From a virus (Duplodnaviria > Caudoviricetes), in IMG/VR virus record IMGVR_UViG_3300012952_000114, positions 1 to 26,319 of that record: a stretch of 26,319 nt of DNA; one strand, 5' to 3'. The notes below the pieces were generated by a model that did no database searches, was not told where the DNA came from, and worked only from the letters and a program-made list of their open reading frames with translations. Below, one piece after another: positions 1 through 8,715 of this stretch. Position numbers and translations under genes: made by a program. Each line of letters opens with the position of its first letter. Position 1 is the first letter of the stretch.

Positions 1-120
1 ATATCTAAACCTTCTAAGGTCTTCCATAAACTCTTCCATGGAAGTGCATTGAGGGTTATCATAACACTGCATTGCAAACATGGTGAAGTTTTCATCTGTC
101 AACTTCTCAAATAATTTCAT
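1..120 (-). CDS. Conserved T4-like phage hypothetical protein, N-terminal 40 aa (runs off the window)
   Basis: Manual translation MKLFEKLTDENFTMFAMQCYDNPQCTSMEEFMEDLRRFRY, with SD-like AGGA upstream. The NF..FA...YDNP.C...EF..DL.R pattern is recalled from marine T4-like phages. Not in the ORF track. Confidence 0.75.
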   Translation of the reverse strand, partial: MKLFEKLTDENFTMFAMQCYDNPQCTSMEEFMEDLRRFRY

Positions 121-169
121 AATTTATATCCTAGTTATGTACTAGTATATAGGTGAATTGTAAGAAAAG

Positions 170-610
170 TTATTTAATTTCTGCAACGACTTTAAACATT
201 TTAGTAGGAAGTCTTTCCCACTCTACATGCATTTTTAGGTCTGGGCCTTTTGCAGATACGAAGTTGTCATCTATATCACCTTCTTCGTCTTTACCCATTC
301 TACCACCATATTGTGTTATAGGTAAATCTTTAGAACCAGAGTCCCCAACATTTTCTTCCAATGCTGGGTTAAACTCTATTCCAATTTGTTTTACTTTTCT
401 GTACAGTTGTTGCATTGCAGCTTCAACAGTAATGTGTTCTCTGTCTGCAATATCACCTATCCAAGTGTTTAATTTATCTAAAACTGAATCATCTGATGCA
501 AACCGATGTAAGTCTGCTGTGTCTACACGACCACGAACATCTTTTGACATGTCATTACTGAATGCTCTACCTTGCAAGTTTTCAGTTATATATTTCTTGA
601 ATGTTTTCAT
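170..610 (-). CDS. Putative internal head protein with capsid-targeting-like N-terminus
   Basis: N-terminus MKTFKKYITE closely resembles the T4 internal-protein capsid targeting sequence (MKTYQEFIAE). AGGA SD present. Confidence 0.6.
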   Translation of the reverse strand: MKTFKKYITENLQGRAFSNDMSKDVRGRVDTADLHRFASDDSVLDKLNTWIGDIADREHITVEAAMQQLYRKVKQIGIEFNPALEENVGDSGSKDLPITQYGGRMGKDEEGDIDDNFVSAKGPDLKMHVEWERLPTKMFKVVAEIK

Positions 611-622
611 AATAATTTCCTA

Positions 623-1192
623 TTAGGCAGCTACTGTAATTGTACCAGCTGCAGTTCCGATTGAAGCTGCACTAGTAATAGTTGCATTTCCACCTTCTGC
701 TCTATCAACGATTGTTCCACTGTTAAGTGCTAATGGATTTGCACCGAAACTTAATATATCACCTGCGTTTGTTGCTGCATTAGCAGCTCCTATTGCAAGA
801 GAGAATGTAAGTTTGTTGGTTGATGAACCACTTGCATATGCAAGTAAGTGTGGCCCTCTTCCAGAACCAGAACCTTGGTTACCATTTGTTACTGATAATG
901 TAGGTGTTCCACCAGAAGTATTAACTGTCACTTTCTCATTGAAAGTCACTGTTGCTGATAAAGTACCACCATCTGATTTATCAAATGCAGTTGACACCCA
1001 ATCAATATTAGTTATATCTGCTTGACCTATAGAAGTTGCAAGTTCTCCGATTGCACAGAGAACCTCTTCTTGATGATTATCAGACTTTTTAAATACCCAA
1101 CCTTTTGCAGTTGCAAAGGTTAGTTTCTTTTCTGCAGCTGTCAACCACTTTGGTTTGGCTTCGTCTGCATCTGAATTACCCCATAAAGACAT
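623..1192 (-). CDS. Virion structural protein with C-terminal Ig-like beta domain
   Basis: MSLWG..D..E.KPKW start and a Gly/Ser/Thr/Ala-rich C-terminus (VTFNEKVTV..GTPTL..AYASGSSTNKLTF). GAGGAG SD and its own TATAAATA late promoter. Confidence 0.65.
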   Translation of the reverse strand: MSLWGNSDADEAKPKWLTAAEKKLTFATAKGWVFKKSDNHQEEVLCAIGELATSIGQADITNIDWVSTAFDKSDGGTLSATVTFNEKVTVNTSGGTPTLSVTNGNQGSGSGRGPHLLAYASGSSTNKLTFSLAIGAANAATNAGDILSFGANPLALNSGTIVDRAEGGNATITSAASIGTAAGTITVAA

Positions 1193-1249
1193 AATTATCT
1201 CCTCATTTGTTAGTTCCCTGTATGAGAAACTTTTTTGTTTATACTATTG

Positions 1250-1257
1250 TATTTATA
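1250..1257 (-). promoter_or_regulatory. T4-type (gp55) late promoter TATAAATA
   Basis: Exact consensus in the intergenic gap, 57 nt upstream of the 623..1192 gene. Confidence 0.8.
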
Positions 1258-1269
1258 ACTTTCAATATC

Positions 1270-2541
1270 TCAGTTACCGAAATACGCTCTTAATTCTGAT
1301 TCTTTTTCTACTTCATTTATGAAATCCATATTGATTTCATCCTCAAATACTATTACTACACCACCTTTTGTTGCAATATATTTACCATCTTCTATCTCTA
1401 AAGGTGTAGGTTCTGCAATCTTATATTTATCATGTAAATGAAATGGATATTCAACTTTTTCTAATTGTCCACCACCAATCTTAGGATGTTGTAATACTAC
1501 TTTAGGAAACTTTCTTCCTTCAAACCAATCACCTATTTTCTTAGGATTGTTTCTAAATGCATCCAAATACTCATTACCTGTATAAGGAATAGGAAAAGAA
1601 TTGTTTACATATGGTCTACAATTATTTTCTAAAAAGTAAAGTTCACCATCTTCTCCTAACATTTGAGTAATACTTCCTTCATATGTACCACCTAACTTTG
1701 CAGCTTGATTAAGATATTCTACAACATTATCTCTTACCATCTTATCAACTTCTGGTGTAAGTCCCTCTATTGTAGTATTTGCATACCAAACTACTGGATT
1801 TACATTAAAAATCTGTTTTGCCTTTGATTCGTCACATGATTCAGAAAAAGTAAATGACCATTTACCATCTGACATAATGTATGATATATTAGTTTCTTGT
1901 CCTTTTATTAGTTCTTCGATGTAATAAGAATATGTTGCACCATGTCCAGTACCACCGAATAAATGATATTCAAATGGAAATGTATCAATAAATGCTTTAT
2001 CAGAAATTACTGTTGCAGATGTCCATTTGTCTGATGGTTTAATAACAAATTGATTTGGTAATGAATCTATATTAATATTTTTATGATTACCACCTGTTTG
2101 TAATATTTTAGGTGTTTTCATACCACAATGTTTTGCAAAAGAATTTGCAAATATTTTTTCTTGTTCTAATTTTATTGCATTTGGAGTTGCAGTTACAAAA
2201 TCAACACCCCAATCTTTTAAATGCATAATTTCATTGAAAGGTGGATAAGTGTTTATGACTAAATCTATTTTATACTTTTCTAAAGTCTTTTCAAACTTTT
2301 CTTCCATCCATTTTGGTAATCCATTACCAACCTCTTCATAAGTAGACATATCAATAAGATGAGACCAAGGTTGTCCTTGAGCCCAAACCTCATGTGGTAA
2401 ATCATCCACTCCATGAATTCCAAGTGATTCTAGATATTTTTTTGTATAAATTTGATTAGTATAGACTGAATGTCCATCCTCTGCAAGTTTCTTCATAAAA
2501 TGAAGATTATGTTGTTCCATCTCAACGAATAATATGTTCAT
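1270..2541 (-). CDS. ATP-grasp ligase, divergent PurD/GARS-like
   Basis: AIKLEQEKIFANSFAKHCGMKTP, FVIKP, YIEELIKGQE and YFLENNCRP match ATP-grasp motifs of PurD-like enzymes. The PurD GPNTGGMG and RFGDPE signatures are absent. Confidence 0.75.
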   Translation of the reverse strand: MNILFVEMEQHNLHFMKKLAEDGHSVYTNQIYTKKYLESLGIHGVDDLPHEVWAQGQPWSHLIDMSTYEEVGNGLPKWMEEKFEKTLEKYKIDLVINTYPPFNEIMHLKDWGVDFVTATPNAIKLEQEKIFANSFAKHCGMKTPKILQTGGNHKNINIDSLPNQFVIKPSDKWTSATVISDKAFIDTFPFEYHLFGGTGHGATYSYYIEELIKGQETNISYIMSDGKWSFTFSESCDESKAKQIFNVNPVVWYANTTIEGLTPEVDKMVRDNVVEYLNQAAKLGGTYEGSITQMLGEDGELYFLENNCRPYVNNSFPIPYTGNEYLDAFRNNPKKIGDWFEGRKFPKVVLQHPKIGGGQLEKVEYPFHLHDKYKIAEPTPLEIEDGKYIATKGGVVIVFEDEINMDFINEVEKESELRAYFGN

Positions 2542-2553
2542 AATATATGATTG

Positions 2554-2561
2554 TATTTAGT
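2554..2561 (-). promoter_or_regulatory. Possible variant late promoter (ACTAAATA)
   Basis: TAAATA core overlapping the upstream stop codon, 12 nt before the ATP-grasp ATG, which lacks an SD. Confidence 0.35.
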
Positions 2562-3426
2562 CAGTTATGCCAGGCGGTATAGGTGCTGGTTGGACACCTT
2601 CTTTTTCTTGTTCATCTCTAGTTGCAATGTAAGGTCTTTCTACTAAGTCTGGTCTTATAGTATCTTCATCATGATATAAAGGATGACTCATAGGCCATCC
2701 CATCCATTCCATTTTTGCACCAACTAACCTGTAGATAAAAGATGTCTGTTCATCAACATTAAAACCTACTTCTTGTCTTTCATTAAATGCATAACCATGT
2801 TTTAACCATCTATCATATTTTAATGACTCACACTCTCTATTCCCCCAGAGAAGTTGTTTTTGTAATTTACCATGTTGACATGTATAAGCTCTTTCATAAC
2901 CATGTTGCCACATTGCTTGGTGTACAGATTCACCATCTTTATTATCCCATACTGCTGAAATTTCTGGACGAGTTAACATCCAATGATATTGGTCTCCAGT
3001 CGAATCTGGTCTTCCAATCATAATATCAGTTTTTAAAGTTGTCTCTCTCCAGTCACCAGTATCATCTAGAGTACCAAGAGAATCATTAGTTCCCTTCCAT
3101 TCTCTATTACCACCTAATATTTGACCAAGAGGGCCATTCACACCTGCTGTATGAACCAATCCACCAGAAAAATCTTCTTGATGTCTACAGTCTGTAAACA
3201 TTCTAAATCCTATTAAGAAATCATCTTCCCACCAACACTGATAAAATGTTGCAAATTTTTCTGCATAGTCCCACATGTCATCTCTCATGTTCTCGGCAGT
3301 TTCATAAATTAATGTTGGGTCATACCAACTATATGCTTTATGTTTGTAAAAAGTATTTTTCTTTATATCAAATAACTCTTTAAATTCGTTTTCTTTTACT
3401 CTGTATGTTGTTGTTTGCCTGTACAT
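2557..3426 (-). CDS. Hypothetical protein (Trp/Tyr-rich, globular)
   Basis: 289-aa ORF with AAGGA SD, between the adhesin-like gene and the ATP-grasp gene. No motif recognised. Confidence 0.8.
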   Translation of the reverse strand: MYRQTTTYRVKENEFKELFDIKKNTFYKHKAYSWYDPTLIYETAENMRDDMWDYAEKFATFYQCWWEDDFLIGFRMFTDCRHQEDFSGGLVHTAGVNGPLGQILGGNREWKGTNDSLGTLDDTGDWRETTLKTDIMIGRPDSTGDQYHWMLTRPEISAVWDNKDGESVHQAMWQHGYERAYTCQHGKLQKQLLWGNRECESLKYDRWLKHGYAFNERQEVGFNVDEQTSFIYRLVGAKMEWMGWPMSHPLYHDEDTIRPDLVERPYIATRDEQEKEGVQPAPIPPGITD

Positions 3427-3440
3427 AATATATTTCCTTT

Positions 3441-4832
3441 TTATTCTCTGTATCCTTGAATATATAAAAATCTTCCATCTAGATATGGAATTTTCCTATT
3501 AATTTGTGGCATATAACTTTTATGAGAATAACTATAAGTTATAGCACCATATTTTCCATTATAAGAGGATGAACCAATCATTCCACCAGTATGGTGACAA
3601 AAACTAGCGTGGAATGCACCTCTACCACCCTGTGAAGCAAGATATCCAGTTCCAGAATGACTTTGTACTTCCATATCCACCCCATTGGTTGTACCTACTT
3701 GAGATAAACTGCTACTAAATCCATTTAGGACATTAGAATATATTGAACCAAAAGGGGAAGAAGATATACCCATATAAATTCCTTGTCTTGCATGACCATC
3801 AGCCCATGAGATAGGAGAAGAATTACCTACCCCCAAGTTAGTATTTACTGCACTATTATCTGGAGTAGTATATTTCGTAAATTGGTTTCCAAATATAAGA
3901 CTTACAGTCGGGCCTTTAAATACAAGAACATGGAACATGTAATGTACAGTACTACTATGGTATGGATTTACTCCTACTCTTGCAGCTCCACCAGAAGTTG
4001 CTGTTGCAGTATAAATTGCCATCCAGTCATCTGAACCTGTTTCATTTTTATGTGGATTCATGTATGTTCCAGTTGTAACTCCAGATACAGATGCACCAGT
4101 TTGTGTTCTTAAATAAATTGGGTCTGTAGTGGTGAAAGTATTCATAGTTCCACCAGCACCAGCATGTGCTATAACAACCACTCTGTCACCAGCTTGGCAA
4201 ACAGTATTAAGTCCTAATTCTGTCCATTGATTATTATGAAATGTAGAATAAACACTATATCCAAATTCTGTAAAATTAGCAGTACCATAATTAGAAAATC
4301 CTGGCTTTCTTCCATCAGATTGACCAGTTTGATTTTGGATAGTAATTGAGGCTGGATTTCCATGAGAGTATACATGAGTTGTATATCCACCTTTAACACC
4401 ACGAGTTTGACCACATGCATCGTTTGTTAAGAATGCATCACTGTAACCTACTAAGTCACTAAATTTTAAATTAGTAGCAGTACCATGACCACTTGTAACA
4501 TTTAATTGTACCTGTGGTATAGTTTGATTTGATGGTGTACCTGTAGCAGATGCTCTATATCTACCTTTTACATGTGACCAAGCTACATATCTTTGAGTAT
4601 TTGTTGTAGTGGTGCCATTAATACTTCTTAGTCCCCCATGTTCATTATATGAATTATAAAGACCACCTACATCTGAATTAGTTGCACGACCTGCGAACTG
4701 TGGGACACCAAATACCTCACTCATATTTAATAATCCACCTACAGTTGCAGTAGGACTATTACTAAGAGAGAAATATTTTATCATATCACTCATCTTAACA
4801 TTCTGTCTTAAACCATCGGTACTGAATGCCAT
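3441..4832 (-). CDS. Putative tail fibre tip/adhesin-like structural protein
   Basis: Very Gly/Ser/Thr/Asn-rich, low charge, beta-rich composition. N-terminal VKMSDM..YF and LKFSDLVG segments resemble adhesin attachment modules. TAATG-coupled to the upstream gene. Confidence 0.55.
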   Translation of the reverse strand: MAFSTDGLRQNVKMSDMIKYFSLSNSPTATVGGLLNMSEVFGVPQFAGRATNSDVGGLYNSYNEHGGLRSINGTTTTNTQRYVAWSHVKGRYRASATGTPSNQTIPQVQLNVTSGHGTATNLKFSDLVGYSDAFLTNDACGQTRGVKGGYTTHVYSHGNPASITIQNQTGQSDGRKPGFSNYGTANFTEFGYSVYSTFHNNQWTELGLNTVCQAGDRVVVIAHAGAGGTMNTFTTTDPIYLRTQTGASVSGVTTGTYMNPHKNETGSDDWMAIYTATATSGGAARVGVNPYHSSTVHYMFHVLVFKGPTVSLIFGNQFTKYTTPDNSAVNTNLGVGNSSPISWADGHARQGIYMGISSSPFGSIYSNVLNGFSSSLSQVGTTNGVDMEVQSHSGTGYLASQGGRGAFHASFCHHTGGMIGSSSYNGKYGAITYSYSHKSYMPQINRKIPYLDGRFLYIQGYRE

Positions 4833-5824
4833 TATGCCATACTCCTTTTAATTGCACCGAGAGCTTTCATGAAAGACTGTTTGTTCTTTCCTAATAGTTT
4901 GATTAATTGTACTCTCATTTGTGGTTTTACTCTGTCTAGTGCCATGTTAATTATCTTTGCATTCTTTTGGGTTACCTTAATTGTTTTACCATCGTCTAAT
5001 TTTACATCACTACCAGTTCTTAAATCTTCTGCACCTTTAAGTTGTACTTGAAGGTTTTGGTCTGGGTCATTTGCACGAGGGCCCAACTTTTTAACTCTAT
5101 CTCTTTGTTGAATAAAGTCTTTGACATTTTGTTCTATATCTTTATCTGGAGACCAGTCTGTAAACTTACCAGCACCTATTGCTTGTGCAAACTTTTTACT
5201 TGGTGTTGATGAACCTTTTGCAAAGTTTACTATCTTATTTATTGCATCTTTGAAGTCTCTTGCTTTATTTGCAATATCTCTTATCTTATTATTTGCAGCT
5301 GGACTGTTTGCACCAAAGTCATGGAATGCACGAGCTTCGTATGCAAGAACTTCTCCATACATTTTTTGATAGTCTTTAGTGTACTTAGACTTACGCATAG
5401 GTTCTTTTCTTGCTTTCTTATCACCTGGCGCATCTTTATATGCAGATGAGTCTGAATCAGATTTTTCTTTTCCTCTTTGAAAATGTGCATCTCTTTTAGA
5501 CTTTGTAGTTTTTTTAAGACCTTTAAAATATTTTGCTGGTTGAGTCCCTTTTTTATCTTTGATATCTTTATCTTGAGGTTCTCTTTCCTCATCTCTAAGA
5601 CGAGGTTCAGTCCTGTTATACTTTTGTGTAACAATTGAGAGATTTGATTTATCGTTATTCATCGGATTGTTATCTTTATGATGTACATCTTTACCAACAA
5701 TACCTTTGGTATCTTTTAGTTGTCTTCGTGCATGATTCCTACCAGCTCTTCTTTTTTTCTGTTCTGGTTTAGAATGGTAGTTTTCGTATTCTTTTTTGTA
5801 GTTCCTTTCCTTGAAAGTCTGCAT
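4832..5824 (-). CDS. Multidomain putative internal protein: HNH domain plus basic modules
   Basis: MQTFKE capsid-targeting-like start. HNH motif DVHHKDNNPMNNDKSNL..NR at aa 46-71, then a QPAKYFKGL..SKYTK..KMYGE module. AAGGAG SD. Confidence 0.7.
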   Translation of the reverse strand: MQTFKERNYKKEYENYHSKPEQKKRRAGRNHARRQLKDTKGIVGKDVHHKDNNPMNNDKSNLSIVTQKYNRTEPRLRDEEREPQDKDIKDKKGTQPAKYFKGLKKTTKSKRDAHFQRGKEKSDSDSSAYKDAPGDKKARKEPMRKSKYTKDYQKMYGEVLAYEARAFHDFGANSPAANNKIRDIANKARDFKDAINKIVNFAKGSSTPSKKFAQAIGAGKFTDWSPDKDIEQNVKDFIQQRDRVKKLGPRANDPDQNLQVQLKGAEDLRTGSDVKLDDGKTIKVTQKNAKIINMALDRVKPQMRVQLIKLLGKNKQSFMKALGAIKRSMA

Positions 5825-5833
5825 GACGACTCC

Positions 5834-7972
5834 TTAAAAAGAACTTATAACATCTTTGTGATTTGAATACTTACTCGATGATTGTCTCATGAGATTATCA
5901 TAGATTTGATTTCTGGTTCTCATTAATCCATCTGGCATATGACCTAATGCTTTGTGAGTCATCATAATACCTTTTAATGCTTCTAGTCCTTTTCTATCAC
6001 CAAGAAGTTTTGCAAGGTGCATTAATGAACCAGTATGGTCATTTCTATCTGTCATTTTTTCAATCTTTTTAATATCTGCAACTGACATTTCTTTTTTCTC
6101 TACAAGTTCTTCAATACCTTCTTTAATGTCTTCTATCTTTTGATGCCATTCTACTATTTCTTCTGTACCTTCTTTATAGAAGATTGCTTTCTTAGTAACT
6201 GGGTCTAATCCCATGTACTTACCTTTTAGTGAAGGCATCTTAACACCAATACCTTTTAACATCATAACCATCTTATGAAGTCTTTCCCAGTTTGCTGGAA
6301 CATGTTTTTGTTTCCAAACTTGACCCATTAACTTATCGATACCTTTTTCTGGGTCATTTTCATCAAATGGTAGTTTAGTCATCTTTGCCATCATCTTACC
6401 ATATGTTTTGAGTTTGACCATATTTGATGGTGAGAGATTTTCAATAACTACATGATGACCTGTAAATTCTTTTGATTCGTTTGCATGTCTTATTGCAAGT
6501 TTAACTGCTGGATGTTTTGATAATCCTTTTTTGAATTTTTCAATTTCTTTCATTGCATAGTTAGTTGCACCACCTAAATCAAGTGCAAGTTCAATTGCTT
6601 TTTTAACTGACTTATCTCTTGCAGCTGCTTTTTGTTTTGGATTGTCTCTATAATATTGAGATATCTCTCTTCCTGTAAGTTTAGATTTACCCATTTTAGA
6701 TAGTGGGTCTAACTTACCATCTTTAACTTTTTCATTAACTGCTTTTTCTAAATCAGAAGCTTGTTTTGCATGTTTTTTACTTGCACCTTTTAACTTGTTA
6801 ATTATTTTTTTAACTGCTGGTTTATCGTCATTGTCAAGTTCTTCTGGTAAAGGTTTTACACCTTGTTGTTTGAACATTTTTATTAATGCATTGTTAGTTG
6901 CAAGTTTGATTTTGTTATCTTTACCCATTGCAACCATAGTATTTTTAAATCCAACTGGATTTTGTTTTTGCATTGACATTGCAACTTTAACACCAGTCAT
7001 GTTAAGAAGTTTTGCAACACCATACTGGAACATTTTATCACCACCAGTTTTAAATAGTTTGTCAATCATTTCACCAGCAGATGCTTCTACTAATTCAAAG
7101 TTTTCTTTTTGCATTAACATTTTAGTGTTAAGAGTTCCAATCATCTTAAGGATTGTATCTCTTGCATCTAAAACTTTTTTGTAATCTTTGTTATGAATTG
7201 TATTCTTGAGTTCTTTGTCACCCATGTTTGCAATCTTCTGATAAGATTTTAAGACACTCTGCATGTCTTTAGAAACCTTTTTCATTGCATCAACTTCTTG
7301 TCTCTTGACTTCATTCATCATATCATCATCTGGATGTATGACATGTGCAAGGTCTTTATCGTGATTTAGACCACCTTTTTTCTTCTTGACTATAAATGCA
7401 TTGACGCGTGCCATTCCCCACTGTTGTGGTGTTGTACCTGGCCTATGACCTGTTTTCCATGCAGCCATTCCACGATTATAAACTTTTCTTAATGTTCCTA
7501 CTGAGATACCAGATTTCTTTGCCTTATCTGCTAATGCACCTTCTTCTAGTTCACTACTTTCCATCATCTTCATGAGAGGTTTGTCTTTTTGGATATCTTT
7601 AAATAAGTTATCGATATCATCATGACTACCATTAAAGTTTATAATATTATCATCTACAAACTTACCTTTCCCAACCATTACATGGTTAGATGAATGTGTA
7701 CCAAATGTTATTTTAACTTTTGGATGCATTTTAAAATATTTACTTCTTAATGCCTGTTGAATTTTTTTCTTGTTTTTGTTTGGTACAGAGAAAACAGCTT
7801 TTGATTCATCAATATAATCTAACCACTCATTAATTTCTTCGTCATAAACATCTTCGATGAGAGAGTCAATTAACTCCTCATTTAAGATATCTTCATTTGG
7901 TGTTGCATACATTTCTCTGTATGCATCTGCAACAGTCGACAGAGTTTTTCTGTTTCTCATGTAGTTTGACAT
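5834..7972 (-). CDS. Large Lys-rich modular putative internal head polyprotein
   Basis: Acidic N-terminal leader (ADAYREMY..ILNEELIDSLIE). Basic modules separated by hydrophobic-X-E linkers. Includes VYNRGMAAWKTGHRPGTTPQQWGMARVNAF (DUF5824-like, from memory). Confidence 0.65.
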   Translation of the reverse strand: MSNYMRNRKTLSTVADAYREMYATPNEDILNEELIDSLIEDVYDEEINEWLDYIDESKAVFSVPNKNKKKIQQALRSKYFKMHPKVKITFGTHSSNHVMVGKGKFVDDNIINFNGSHDDIDNLFKDIQKDKPLMKMMESSELEEGALADKAKKSGISVGTLRKVYNRGMAAWKTGHRPGTTPQQWGMARVNAFIVKKKKGGLNHDKDLAHVIHPDDDMMNEVKRQEVDAMKKVSKDMQSVLKSYQKIANMGDKELKNTIHNKDYKKVLDARDTILKMIGTLNTKMLMQKENFELVEASAGEMIDKLFKTGGDKMFQYGVAKLLNMTGVKVAMSMQKQNPVGFKNTMVAMGKDNKIKLATNNALIKMFKQQGVKPLPEELDNDDKPAVKKIINKLKGASKKHAKQASDLEKAVNEKVKDGKLDPLSKMGKSKLTGREISQYYRDNPKQKAAARDKSVKKAIELALDLGGATNYAMKEIEKFKKGLSKHPAVKLAIRHANESKEFTGHHVVIENLSPSNMVKLKTYGKMMAKMTKLPFDENDPEKGIDKLMGQVWKQKHVPANWERLHKMVMMLKGIGVKMPSLKGKYMGLDPVTKKAIFYKEGTEEIVEWHQKIEDIKEGIEELVEKKEMSVADIKKIEKMTDRNDHTGSLMHLAKLLGDRKGLEALKGIMMTHKALGHMPDGLMRTRNQIYDNLMRQSSSKYSNHKDVISSF

Positions 7973-8665
7973 TTACTTTCCAGATTTTTTGTTATTGTAT
8001 ATTAAAGATTTTTCTTTAACATATCCTAATCTTCTAAGAGTTTCTTTAAAAGATTTACTTCTTGCATCATATTTCATCTCAGATGCATCTTCTTTTTTAT
8101 CGATTGCTTTTGAGATTGCTTTTCTTTTCTTGTGCAAGAATTTATCAGATGAATCTACATCACCATCGTTATCTAGGTCTTTGTCTTTTCTATCTTTAAA
8201 CTTTTTCTTAACTGCTTTTTTGTCTACTTTATCAAGTCCTTCACCATCGTCTGACTTATCATTAGATGCATCTTCTGTATTACAATGACTTGCCTTTAAG
8301 TCTTTCTTGAGTTTCTTTTTACCTTCATCAGAACCCATATCAGCCATTTCACCGACTGTACAAGGATACTCTTTACCAGCAAACACAAAGGTTTTTTTAC
8401 CATCTTTTTTTGCTTGTCTTGCAGCTGCAACGAATTCCCTCTTGGAATCATTTACTGCTTTTTTAAGTTCTTGTAGTTCTTTACCGAATGACTCTTCAAC
8501 TTTTGGTTTGTCCTGTAAAGGATATCCCATAAGTTCTGCTTGTTGTTCAAAACGAGTTTTTGGTGCTTGACCAGAGTTAAGAACATCCGAGACCGCATCA
8601 GCAACAGATTGTGTCACTTTATCAGTCCCACTGTTAAATTTTAATCTATCTTTTATATCTGACAT
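7973..8665 (-). CDS. Highly charged late protein (prohead core/internal protein-like)
   Basis: Lys/Asp-rich, with AKKDGKKTFVFAGKEY and DKDLDNDGDVDSSDKFLHKKRKAISKAI (DxDxDG loop) motifs. AGGAG SD and late promoter. Confidence 0.65.
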   Translation of the reverse strand: MSDIKDRLKFNSGTDKVTQSVADAVSDVLNSGQAPKTRFEQQAELMGYPLQDKPKVEESFGKELQELKKAVNDSKREFVAAARQAKKDGKKTFVFAGKEYPCTVGEMADMGSDEGKKKLKKDLKASHCNTEDASNDKSDDGEGLDKVDKKAVKKKFKDRKDKDLDNDGDVDSSDKFLHKKRKAISKAIDKKEDASEMKYDARSKSFKETLRRLGYVKEKSLIYNNKKSGK

Positions 8666-8694
8666 TGTGGTCTCCTGTTAAATCTTTTCTATAG

Positions 8695-8702
8695 TATTTA
8701 TA
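8695..8702 (-). promoter_or_regulatory. T4-type late promoter TATAAATA
   Basis: Exact consensus, intergenic, upstream of 7973..8665. Confidence 0.8.
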
Positions 8703-8715
8703 TATATCAGTAATT

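Noticed and set aside
1270-2541. Calling this gene purD (a purine-synthesis auxiliary gene)
   Set aside because: It lacks the GSGGREH, GPNTGGMG and RFGDPE signatures, and sits in a late structural context.
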